NCBI RefSeq assembly: GCF_902713615.1
Contig: NC_052157.1
Span: 17,408,566-17,472,565, forward strand
Direction of reading: 5' to 3'
Source of the DNA: Scyliorhinus canicula
Lineage: Eukaryota
Length of the DNA: 64,000 bases
Positions within the stretch are counted from its first letter, which is position 1, and every line of letters starts with the position of its first letter. The notes beneath the pieces were generated by a model. That model saw only the letters and a program-made list of their open reading frames with translations. It was not told where the DNA came from and searched no databases. The position numbers were made by a program, and so were the translations under genes. Of this stretch, positions 49,260-60,099 are shown one piece after another.

Positions 49260-49578
49260 GATAGAATAGAACAGTACAGCACAGGCCCTTCGGCCCTCGA
49301 TGTTGTGCCGAGCAATGATCACCCTACTTAAACCCACATAACCCGTATACCCGTAACCCAACAATCCCCCCATTAACCTTACACTACGGGCAATTTAGCA
49401 TGGCCAATCCACCTAACCCGCACATCTTTGGACTGTGGGAGGAAACCGGAGCACCCGGAGGAAACCCACGCACACACCGGGAGGACGTGCAGACTCCACA
49501 CAGACAGTGACCCAGCCGGGAATCGAACATGGGACCCTGGAGCTGTGAAGCATTGATGCTAACCACCATGCTACCGTG
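49260..49578 (-). mobile_element. HE1-like V-SINE, same variant as 7621-7957
   Basis: Direct similarity. Confidence 0.88.
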
Positions 49579-49748
49579 AGTTTTGTGAAGTCAATGGATC
49601 TTCTCCGCTTAACATCGATATTTCATTGTTGGTCAGGTCTAGAAACACTCGGTGTTGTCACAATTAAATGGAGGGTCATATTCCTTCAATAGGAACAGAG
49701 TACATGTGCTATCTGATTTTGAAATGGTGTAATGTAATGACAAGCATT

Positions 49749-49754
49749 AATAAA
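49749..49754 (+). terminator. Putative poly(A) signal of the plus-strand UGT
   Basis: ATTAATAAAGAAATG is conserved in the orphan 3'UTR (29.6 kb) and, as ATTAATAAGAAATG, in the minus-strand gene (~9470). Confidence 0.55.
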
Positions 49755-50037
49755 GAAATGTTTATGTGCAATTTGTCTGAGTTCTTAACTCTTTCATACA
49801 TATATCCTCATCGTTGATTGTATAATATAGACCAGCTATTAAAAGACAGTTCAAGTAAACCAAATTTATGCATGTGGCGCTTCTATATTGCTGGCCAGTA
49901 ATTTTTCAGATGATTTCCCCGATGTCTTTTGCATTGAAAATGTTCTACCGTTTATAATTATTTTAATAAGTGAATAGTTTTGTCAGCTTCCAGACAATTA
50001 TTGTTTAACTTAATTATTTTAAGTCATTTTATGTAAG

Positions 50038-50175
50038 AAATAAAAGCAAATTCCTGCGGATGCTGGAATCTGAAACGAAAGAAAAAATGCCAGAAAATCT
50101 CAGCAGGTCTGGCAGCATCTGCAGGGAGAGAAAACAGCTAACGTTTCGAGTCCAATGATTCTTTGTCAAAGCTCA
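50038..50175 (-). mobile_element. Penelope-derived short repeat with a minimal hammerhead-like motif
   Basis: rc(50136-50173) = AGCT TTGACAA A GAATC ATTG GACTC GAAA CGTT AGCT; related degenerate copy at 26791-26875. Confidence 0.55.
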
Positions 50176-50256
50176 TTTTATATCAAAACTTATTTGATGT
50201 AACTGCCCTTTTGGGGAGAGCGGAACAGAAGTAAGTTACTCAGCCGCTCAAACCTG

Positions 50257-50899
50257 GGGCGAAATTCTCCGACCCCCAGCAGGGTCGGAGAATCGCCTGG
50301 GGCCGCCTAAAATCCCGCCCCCGCTGTGGCAGAGATTCTCCGCCACCCGGGAAGTGGCGGCGGCAGGAATCTCGCCACTCCGACCGGCGAGTCCCCTGCG
50401 GTGATTCTCCGGCCCGGATGGGCCGAAGTCCCGCCGCTGGGAGGCCTCTCCCGCCGCCGAGGTTTGAATAACCTCTGTAACGGCGGGATCAGCGGCGCGA
50501 GCAGGCCTCGGGGTCCTGGGGGGGGGGGGGGGGGGCGGGGGGCGATCGAACCCCGGGGGGGTGCCCCCACGGTGGCCTGGCCCGCGATCGGGGCCCCCCG
50601 CTCAGACTCCGGGCCAGTGCCCTGGCGGCATTCTTTCTCCTACCGTGGCCGCCATGGCGGAAGCGGAAGAGAACCCCACATCGCGCATGTGCCGACCGGC
50701 GAAAGCCTTTCGGCCAGCCCCTCTGTCGGGGGCGCCGGTTTTTTGCACCAGTCTTCTGGTGCCAACCGCTCCGGCGTGGGGCTGGCCCCCAAAGGTGGGG
50801 ATAATTCCCCACCTTTGGGGAGGCCGGACCCCTGAGTGGTTGGCGCCACTCCCCTATTCCGGGACCCTCCGTCACGCCGGGTAGGGGAGAATCCCGTCC
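50257..50899. mobile_element. Harbinger-type MITE
   Basis: GGGCGAAATTCTCC...GGAGAATCCCGTCC; flanks CTG/CAG. Confidence 0.8.
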
Positions 50900-50989
50900 C
50901 AGATCTGCTATTCAATTAGATCACAGCTGATCTATATTCTAACTCATTTACCCATTTTAGTTCGATAACCCTGAATACGTTGGAGCACG

Positions 50990-51366
50990 TTATGAAGTGT
51001 AGTCACTGTTGTAAGGTCGGAAATTCGGAACCAATATGCACACAATCAACTCCCATAAACAGCAATGTGATAATACCTGGATAAATCTTTTTCTGTTTTA
51101 TTGATTGAAAGATAAATTTTGAGCAGGACACTGGTTATCACGCCACTACTCTTCTTCAAAATAGTGCCATGGGACCTTTTATATCAGCGTGAACAAGCAG
51201 ACGGGCCTGGGTTGATCATCTTATCCGTAAAATGACACCTCCAACAGTGTAGCACTCCATCAGTATTGCACTGGAGTGTCAGCTTTGATTTTTGCAATGA
51301 ACCTCTAGAATGGAACTTGAACCCAGAATCTTATGATTCAAGGTTAGAGTATTACCAGCTGAGACC
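50990..51366 (-). mobile_element. Ancient DeuSINE-like (SacSINE1/AmnSINE1-type) element
   Basis: Recalled Deu-domain-like blocks GAAGTGTAGTCACTGTTGTAA, CTCTTCTTCAAAATAGTGCCATGGGA, ACAGTGTAGCACTCC..CAGTATTGCACTGGAGTGTCAGC; tRNA-like head near 51.3 kb. Confidence 0.65.
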
Positions 51367-52058
51367 AGTGAGGAGGCAAAAAAAGGAAACGGGGGTTAAT
51401 ATGATTGTTTGTATTGGGGAAAAGAAACCAAAAGTTATCTTCCCATTCCAAAGTGACCCGAGAAGAGTGAGGAATTCATTAGAGGAAAGCTGGGTCCAAT
51501 AGTACTTTTTATGTGGTTCGGTATTAACTTGAGAGCCCGGATACTTTCAGTGTATGGGAGTGGAGATGATGACTGTATCAGGAGGAAAGACCAGAATGAG
51601 AGTATTGGTTACAAGTGTAATGAATGCAGCAGTTTCAGATTTGTATTATATGTATTTGATACAGTAAGGGTTAAAAGTCTGGGTTAGTGTATGACTGCCG
51701 CTGTTTTTATAAGTCCTGGTTTGAAAGACAGCTTGGGCGCGATTCTCCGGACTCACGACGGTTCGGAGAATAGCGGGCGTCGGAAATTTTTACGGCGACG
51801 CTGTTCCGACGCCCTCCCACTATTCTCCGAACCCCGCAAAATGTCGGAGTCGCCATTCCCGACAAACGCCTCCTTCCCGCCCCTGACACGACCAGAATCG
51901 CCACTGATAGCCCCCCTCGCTATTCACCGGCCCGGATGGGCCGAAGTCCCGACGTCATGGCGCCCTGTTTGCACGTCGTGAAACACACCTGCTTTTTAAA
52001 TTCGTCAACCAGTCGGCCTGGCTGACGACAGCTTGGAGGAGGTCAGGGCACCACTCTG

Positions 52059-52335
52059 CGCACCGCTCAGCGCACCGCTCAGCGCACCGTTCAGCGCACC
52101 GCTCGAGTCTGGCCACAACGGGGAAGGCATCCCTGAGAACGGGAGGGGGTCCAGAGCGGGGGGAGTGGGGGCGACGGGGGAGGCAGTGGGGGAGACGGAG
52201 AGGGCAGTGGGGGCGACGGGGGAGGCAGTGGGGGAGACGGAGGGGGCAGTGGGGGCGACGGGGGAGGCAGTGGGGGGCGACGGGGGAGGCAGTGTGGGGC
52301 GACGGGGGAGGCAGTGGGGGAGACGGAGGGGGGGG
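52059..52335 (+). repeat. 12-bp (CGCACCGCTCAG)x4 and G-rich minisatellite upstream of the transposase
   Basis: Repeated GGGGGCGACGGGGGAGGCAGT units. Confidence 0.85.
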
Positions 52336-52657
52336 GTTAGGTAGAGAGTGAGCCGTCCAACCCCGTAACAAAATGTCTGCCAGCGTGCCATGGTGTGCCG
52401 GTCAAGAGGACACGGCCGCTGGTTCCCCTGTGGCTTCCGGACACAGGCCACTGACGCACCCGTGAGGAGGCCATAGTTTACTGGCCGTTGAATGCAGAAA
52501 GTGACCAGGGGTTAGGCTGCCCGCGTGTCAGCAGCGCGACCAGGACACCGGGACACACAGGTATCCCGTGGCAGGCGGCTGCCGAGGTGTCGACTAACCT
52601 CCGTCTAACATGTCCCGTTTCTCTGCCCCCACCACCCTTCTGTAGGTTAGCACAATG

Positions 52658-53984
52658 TATGGGAACAGAACGGCTATGTTCTGCGCAGTGGTTGGGGCCG
52701 CTCTACTGGATTTGGAGATGCAGCAGCATCCACACCCACAACCCGCAGTGGATGCAGGGCCAGCTGCAGCAGCAGAGGGAAGGGCCGAGGAGTTGCCAGT
52801 CGTCGAGCAGCATGGGGGGGAGGAGGAGGAGGAAGAGGAAGAGGAGAGAGTGAGGGTGCAGCCACGGCGCCAGAGGCGACGACCAAAGCCGAGGGTGTAC
52901 CGTGTCCGGGTCTCTTTCCTAACAATGACGGACATCACCTGCAGGAGGAGACTCCGGCTGAGTAGGCAGACGGTGATACATATCTGCCAACTCCTGTCGC
53001 ACCTCGCCCCACGTGGAACGGGGGGAGGACACACGATCCCGGTTGCCATCAAGGTGACGGTCGCTCTGAACTTCTATGCTACCGGCTCCTTCCAATCTCC
53101 GAGCGGGGACGTCTCTGGGATCTCCCAGTCATCGGTCCACAGGTGCATCCGGGATGTGACCGACGCCCTCTATGCCATCGCGGACCGCTACATCACCTTT
53201 CCCGAGGACCAAGCAAGTCAAGAGTCACGAGCTCGTGGATTTGCCAGTGTGGCCGGGATACCGAGGGTTCAGGGGTCAATCGACTGTGTTCACGTCCCCA
53301 TGCGCCCGCCTGCAGGGGACAAGGAAGTGTTCACAAACAGAAGGGGGGCATACTCCATTAATGTCCAGGTGGTGTGCGACCCCCACATGAGGATCATGAA
53401 CGTCAGTGCAAGGTTCCCAGGGAGTGTGCATGACTCCTACATACTGGCGCAGTCGTTCATCCCTGCGATGTTTGAGGGACGTCCCCCCCTCGGCTGAGGG
53501 GCTGGTTGCTAGGCGATAGGGGTTATCCGCTGAGGTCTTGGCTGATGACGCCTATACGGAGGCCTCAGACCAATGCGGAAACACGATACAACAAGGCCCA
53601 TGCAGCAACCAGGGGTGTGGTGGAGCGCTGCCTTGGCCTCCTGAAGATGAGATTCAGGTGCCTGGACCGCTCCGGAGGGGCCCTGCAGTACCAGCTGACA
53701 GGGTCACTCGCATTGTTGTGGTCTGCTGTGCGCTGCACAACATCGCGATGCAGAGGGGAGATGACCTGCTGCAGGAGGCGGAGGGAGAAGCTAGTGGCAG
53801 TGGTGCCAGCATAGAGGAGGAGGAGGAGGAGGAGGAGGAGGAGGAGGAGGCTGGCGGAGTGGCGGGTGCAGAACGCAGCCACGACCCAGGTGCTGGTGAT
53901 GTCCAGGAGGCGGCACGACGGACCCGGCAAGGACGGCGGGCACGCGACACCCTGGTGGCAGCACGTCTCACGCATCGCATGTGA
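52658..53984 (+). pseudogene. Harbinger (HARBI1-like, DDE_Tnp_4) transposase with two frameshifts
   Basis: [77 protein letters not shown]; breaks at the C7 run (~53485) and ~53695. Confidence 0.92.
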
Positions 53985-54531
53985 CGTCCCCGCTGAACAC
54001 CAAACCACCACCTGCATCGCTAGTCATGCAGAGGATCACCACACAACTGCCACCACCACAACCCCCCCCCCCCCCCCCCCCCTCTCAGTGTACACTGCTC
54101 CACTTCGACATCACGCTTATCACTGGGTCCAGACGGTATGGCACAACATTGATGGCTGTGTCAGCGGGTGTGATCAGTGCTATGTGGAATGATGACAGCG
54201 AAGAGCTGTGAGCTCAGAATCGTTAGAGAGAGTCTGACCCATGGCAATAGCTGAACCATCCACCTTGGTGGCCGCTGAGATCGTCACTGACACGCCATCA
54301 CGTGCCCGCGTGGGCTAGCTGTGGGAGGGGGTAGGGGCAGGGACTGCACACCCGGCACCGAGGTTTCACCACCCGTCAACCCCAGCGACACTCGGTCACC
54401 ATCACGATTCCTGTGGCTGTGGAACAATCACACGGTATTACAAGTAAGGTGGAACAGTGCGTTTAATGTTAACAATTATTTACAGGTGCCCTAGCCCCTA
54501 CAACTAAACTGTGCCCTTCACCCGTGCCAAC

Positions 54532-56813
54532 TTACTCAGTGTCTATCTTAGTTGCCTTACGTGCCCTACCACTACATCTAAGTGACTCCCCAGATGATAC
54601 AGCAGGAGTGGAGGAGGATTGCTGCGAATCGCCCCCCTCGACTCGTTTCTCCTTGGCTAAGCATTTCCTGGGGCGACCCGGCCTTGATGGGCCAGGCTGC
54701 TCTGCGGGCGTCTCGGGTGACATTGTGCCACCCTGCTCTGCCTGCTGTTCCCCCCCGATGCACCAGGGATGGGACGGGGGGAGGCCGAGAATTCCGGGAC
54801 GTCCCGTGATGGCCTTAATGGGACGGACCCCGAAACCTCCTCCTCCCTCGGGGAGCCCGGTGGCCCCCGGGCCTCACTTTGGGACAGAGGTGCGAGCGGG
54901 GAGGTGCCCCGTCGCACCACCGACACCTGGCGCTGCCAGTCCTGGAGGCCTGCAACGGTATCCACCAGGATCCGAAGGTTTGCAGAGACGGAGTCCAGGG
55001 AGTTAGACATTCCTGCCAGGGACTGTGCGATCTCAACCTGTGTGTGCACGACGCCATCCAGCACATGTGTCAGGCGGTTGATGGTCTCCGCGACCGACTG
55101 CTGCGACTGGGCCATGACCTGCTGAGACTCGGCCATGGCCCGCAGGGCGCCGACAATGTCGTTTTGGCTCTGGCACATTGCTGCCTGTGAGAGGGCAACC
55201 CTGTCCAGGGCCGAGGATGACGCGTGCACATTAACCCCAACGTCTTGCATAACCTGACCCATTGCCTCCACCGCGGATGCCACCCGTGCGGTGTCGGACT
55301 GGGTCTCTGCCATGAGCGGCACCACTCCCTGCTCTTGGACGCGGTTCGACTCCTCTAACAGCGTCTGCAGAGCCAGGAAGGCTGCCCTCCTCCCGCCATT
55401 GTTTCCCTGGGTTTCCTGAGGCATCGGCTGTGCGGGTGGGTTGATAAACTCCAGGAACTCAGAAAACGTCTGGGAGCCAGCTGCATCCTGGGCCTGGTCT
55501 GGCCTCCGCGAGTCCGGGCCCTCTGTTGCTCCGACCTCCACCTGCTGTACCTGCTCAGCTGTGATGTGCCAACCAGACTGTGTCCCAGGAGACTCATCAC
55601 TAAATAGGCCCGCCGGGGTGTGTGTCTCTGGGATGATGGATGTGGTGGGAGAAAGCAGTGCCGCAAGCCCGACGCTCTCAATGTTTAGGGCCTCCTCCAG
55701 GGTGTGGGGCTGCTCAGCGTCAGGAGGGTTGTCCCTGGCCATTTCTGGTGGTTGTGGACTTCGAACCCTCTGTGCGTCCTGGTCCGCAGATTGGGTTGGG
55801 GCGGATGGGGCTGCCCGTTGATCGGGCACCCTCTGTTGTGAGGCCCCGGGTGAGGTGGCGGCAGATTCCTGTGTCCGTCTGGAGGCAGACGGCCCTGGTC
55901 GTTCGGCATCACGTCCTAGGGAAGAGAATGAGACGGGTTATTTAGATTTGCTCGGCCGGGCGCTGGACGGTCCCAGTGGGCAGGGTGTGTGAAGGGACAG
56001 AGGATGGGGGAGGTGTCCCAGTGGGCAGGGTGTGTGAAGGGACAGAGGATGGGGGAGGTGTCCCAGTGGGCAGGGTGTGTGAAGGGACAGAGGATGGGGG
56101 AGGGGTGAGTGTTTGTCAGGGAGGGTTGTCTCACTTGCTGCAGTTCCGCCAACCTCGCATAGCGCGATATCGCGGGTGGCAGACCCCCCAACAAGGTCCA
56201 GGGCCCTCTGTTCAAAGGTGCTGAGGGGGTGCAGGTTGGGCGAACCCCCTCCAGTCTTGTGCCGCTCACGGTGGTTGTGAGCGGACTTGGCCTGTTGGGG
56301 GAGGGAACATAGGTAGATCATTACAAAACGGAAGGTATCAGCAGTCCGTTCAGATACTGGCACAGTTTGAGGGGGTCAAGTTGTCATAAGACGATTGCAT
56401 CTCTCCTCGGGGCCAGAGCGCTGGGTCTGCGACAACTTTGTGAACCATCCTCAAATAACTCTGCCCCAATCCCCCTCCCCCCCTCCCATGCCGGGTGGGG
56501 GGGGGGGGGGGGGGGGGGGTGCTTAAGTTAAGGGGGAGGGATGGTTGTGACTAGGGGGCACCCTCATGGCACTTACCCTGGCAGCCCTGGTGAGGTCGTG
56601 TAGCTTCTTCCTACATTGCTCAGCTGAGCGAGGGGTCTGCCCCACAGCACTGACGGCAGCAGCCACGTCACGCCAGGCCTGGCGTACCGCGCTGGCAGGT
56701 TGGCGATGCCCTCTCCGCGGGCGGATGATGCCCCTCCTCTGCTCCACGGCATCGAGCAGCGCCTCGATGTCCGCATCAACAAAGCGAGGAGCAGCTCTCC
56801 TCGGCTCCGACAT
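54532..56813 (-). CDS. Harbinger Myb/SANT-like DNA-binding protein, 3 exons (56813-56577, 56291-56135, 55915-54532), probable late frameshift near 54750
   Basis: APRF.DADIEALLDAVEQRR, AWRDVAAAVSA, RSAEQCRKKLHDL, ERHKTGGG; GT-AG introns of phase 0 and 1 join in frame with ORF 54657-55829. Confidence 0.85.
55970..56104. repeat. 45-bp tandem repeat x3 in intron 2 of the Myb gene
   Basis: GTCCCAGTGGGCAGGGTGTGTGAAGGGACAGAGGATGGGGGAGG repeated three times. Confidence 0.92.
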
Positions 56814-57211
56814 CCTGCCCGACAGATTCTGTGGTCGCCCGCGCCTTTTTACGGCGTCGGGCAGCGTCACGTGGGCGTGATCATGTCGTCGCCGCGTTCC
56901 GTCGTCATCACGCACGTAATTGACGCGGCCGCGTTACTAGCCCATTTCCCGGAAGTGAATCCGTCGGGAAATGAAGCCTTCGCGACCGTCGTAAAACGCT
57001 CCCGATTTTTACCATGGTTTTACGATTTTCCGCGGGTGCGGAGAATCACGCCCCTAGGCTTTTTGAAGCCAGAAGTGTAATTAAAGCATTGTAAATGTTT
57101 GGGCTGAAGGACTTTTACTTATATCAGGAGGGTTGCCTGGGGAGTAGATGGTTGGAGACAGTTTGGCTTAGTAAGATGATATAGTTAATGGGAGGACCCA
57201 GGGGCTGGAGT

Positions 57212-57515
57212 ACATAAGAACATAAGAACTTGGAGCAGGAGTAGGCCATCTGGCCCTTCGAGCCTGCTCTGCCATTCAATGAGATCATGGCTGACCTTTT
57301 GTGGACTCAGCTCCACTTTCCCGCCCGAACACAATAGCTCTTTATTCCTTTATTCTTCAAAAAACTTTATCTTGAAAACATTTAATGAAGGAGCCTCAAC
57401 TGCTTCACTAGGCAGGAAATTCCATAGATTCACAACCCTTTGGATGAAGAATTTCCTCCTAAGCTCAGCCCTAAATCTACTTCTGTTTATTTTGAGGCTA
57501 TACCCCCTCTTCCTG
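57212..57515 (-). mobile_element. CR1 3' end, same family as 21101-24487
   Basis: (CATAAGAA)n tail; FFIQRVVNLWNFLPSEAVEA. Confidence 0.88.
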
Positions 57516-57766
57516 CTGTTAAGGTAATCAGGTGTTAAATTTTTCAAGTTAGTTTTTGGTGAGCTGAAAAGGTTTCTGAAGAATATAGACAGAGATTCTG
57601 CATTATTCTGACAGGGTATCAGGTCTCTTTATTACAAGTAGACTCAAAACGTCTCTTTTTCTCAAAGTGGCATTACAGCAAGTATTCATGAGTCTGCTAA
57701 CTGCATTTAAAAGTGGATTATGACTTGAAATGGTTTTATTGTTTGAGTGGAAATGAAGATAGCAAT

Positions 57767-57946
57767 TGAAATGAAATGAAATGAAAATCGCTTATTGTCA
57801 CGAGTAGGCTTCAATGAAGTTACTGTTAAAAGCTCCTAGTCGCCACATTCTGGCGCCTGTTCGGGGAGGCTGGTACGGGAATTGAACCATGCTGCTGGCC
57901 TACCTGGGTCTGCTTTAAAAGCCAACGATTTAGCCCAGTGTGCTAA
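57767..57946 (-). mobile_element. Short SINE with (ATTTC)n tail
   Basis: Nearly identical to 28091-28275. Confidence 0.85.
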
Positions 57947-58902
57947 ATCATAGTGTCACTGTATTGATCAGCATTATTTAAGGGGTAATTGTAAGTTTAT
58001 TTTTGTGAGATGTTAAAGATATTTTAATATTGTGTTTGGAATAAAGATTGTTTTAATATACCATAATCCCTACTTTGTGTGAAATCACTCCTGGAGGGAG
58101 GTATCCGTTCCTCAGTCTTACAAAATTAAAATAAAATATTGGGGTTTCTGTCCTGTATCCAAGTCACTGTTGGGGTCTGGTCCGTGATGGTAACACAAGG
58201 ATATCAATAGTGGTGGTGCGTTTGGTGCTGAACTGATTGGCAACTACAAAAATGTACTGGAGAATAGAGGGCAAAAGGCAAGCCTGCCGTGAATTTGAAA
58301 GTTCCTCAGTAAGTGATTCTGGGGAGCTTGTTCACGAGGGGGCACAGAAGGCAATGTGGTTGGGAAAAAGAAGGGGAAATGGGGATTTGGGTGCAGGTGG
58401 ATAAAACAAAGTGATTGGACAAGACCTTGAATTACATGATGGGAGTAGAGAGGCCAAAGGAGATGATAAGGTTGAGAGGCTGGCCTAACATGAATAGGAA
58501 AGATTATGTGGAGACCGTGATTAAGGGAGGGTAGGAGAACAGTGAACTCGGGGGAGAAAGATGGAGGAGTTGAGATGGTGAATTAAATCACTGATGGGCA
58601 GTCACTTGGTATCGGGGCTGAGGGAAGAAAACAGTGGAGGTATAGTGCCCTAAAGAATGATTTGGCTTTATCTTTGATGCCCAAGGAAGGTGTGCTCAAT
58701 ACAGGGCCAAACAGGTGTATTATCAACCTGTAAATCCTTCCGGCAGGTAGTAAGAGTGGGAGTTGTCCTGGTCAACCATGCTTGATATAGGATGGCACCC
58801 TCAGGATGGCAGCAGGCTGACAACCTGTTCTATGATAAAGTAGCCACGGAAACACATTCTTTGTCTCATGTGCCAATAGCCATGGGAAGAAATAAAGATC
58901 TG

Positions 58903-59435
58903 GGGCGGGATTCTCCGACCCCCCCGCCGGGTCGGAGAATCGCTGGGGGCTGGCGTAAATCCCGCCCATGCCGTTTCCCGAATTCTCCGCCACCAGAGAT
59001 TCAGCGGTCCTGTGGGGGGCGCGGGGTGATCAGGCCCGCGGTCAGGGCCCACCGATCGGCGGGCGGGCCTGTGCCGTGGGGGTACTCTTTTCCTTCCGCC
59101 TTCGCCATGGTCATCACCATGGCGGAGGCGGAAGTGACCCCCTCCCCTGCGCATGCGCGGGGATGACGTCAGCAGCCGCTGACACTCAGGCGAATGCACA
59201 GACTTACGCTGGCCGCGAAGTCCTTTCAGCCCCGGCTGGCGTGGTGCCAAAGGCCGTCCACGCCAGCCGGCGGAGCTCCAACCACTTTGGCGCAGGCCTA
59301 GCTCCTCAATGTGAGGGCTTGGCCCCTAAAGGTGCGGAGACTTCTGCACCTTTGGGGCGGACTGACGCCGGAGTGGTTCACGCCACTCCATCACGCCGGG
59401 ACCCCCGCACCGCCAGGGAGGGGAGAATCCCAGCC
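58903..59435. mobile_element. Harbinger-type MITE
   Basis: GGGCGGGATTCTCC...GGAGAATCCCAGCC; related to 50257-50899. Confidence 0.8.
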
Positions 59436-59814
59436 AAGAATTCTGATTAACATTACACCTACAAATAAAACTGAAGATTTAACAGCTCCTCACATTTCTT
59501 CCACTGGCATTTCTTTGTTATTTAGGAGGGAGCTAATTATGAAACTTAAACAGCAATTTAAAAAAATTTACTTTCACTTTTTAAAACGCGTTTCTAATCT
59601 CTACACTTTACACACTTTCCCTGATAGCTGCAGACTCGTCAGCTATTTACACACAACCCCTAAGAGCAGGTACTTAACAAACAACCCAATGCTCATTTTC
59701 TCTTTAGCTTCGGGACATCTGGCGAGAGCTGCTGCAAAGTGAATGGTTATTGGCCCTGGCAGAATGCAGAAATAAAGACAGCGTTGACTTGTCCCAAGTC
59801 AAATGAGAATTAGT

Positions 59815-60005
59815 ATAATACAATCAGGAACTCACTTAGACCTTGGACCTATAAGCTAAGTGACTATACTCTTCATTGAAGCTGAAATCTCAGCTCCCGG
59901 CAATACAAGGCTGATTGCAGCGCACAACTGCTTCACCGGTAAGTAAACGCTGATAACTTCACCACAAGGAGTTTTATAAGCTACAAGTTAAAATTAACCT
60001 TTTAA
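59815..60005 (+). promoter_or_regulatory. Putative UGT promoter and non-coding exon 1 (copy 3, divergent), for a paralogue off the right edge
   Basis: CAATCAG.AAC..ACTTAGAC.TTGG, ATACTCTT, CCG|GTAAGT donor at 59939 and TTATAAGCTACAAGTTAA all collinear with copies 1 and 2. Confidence 0.55.
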
Positions 60006-60099
60006 ATGTGCAAAATAGATCAGATCATATATGCAGAAGTGCTTTTAGTTTCTGCAACAATATTGCAGATAGCCTGACTCTAATCGTCCAAAGTTCTCG

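Larger units (their letters stand above)
51735..57053 (+). mobile_element. Near-complete autonomous-type PIF/Harbinger DNA transposon, 5.3 kb
   Basis: 15-bp TIRs GGGCGCGATTCTCCG / CGGAGAATCACGCCC (1 mismatch); flanks CTT/CTA; convergent transposase and Myb/SANT genes. Confidence 0.93.
51616..58195 (+). repeat. Solo LTR (~0.8 kb net) hosting a Harbinger, a CR1 3' end and a SINE
   Basis: TGTAAT...GTAACA termini, 4-bp TSD CAAG (51612-51615, 58196-58199), AATAAA near the 3' end. Confidence 0.6.

Noticed and set aside
52655-53984. Host HARBI1 gene
   Set aside because: It lies within TIRs beside a Myb gene, is frameshifted and has a relic sister copy at 35.6 kb, so it is a transposon, not the domesticated gene.
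55970-56104. CRISPR-like array
   Set aside because: Head-to-tail 45-bp units with no spacers, eukaryotic context, no cas genes.
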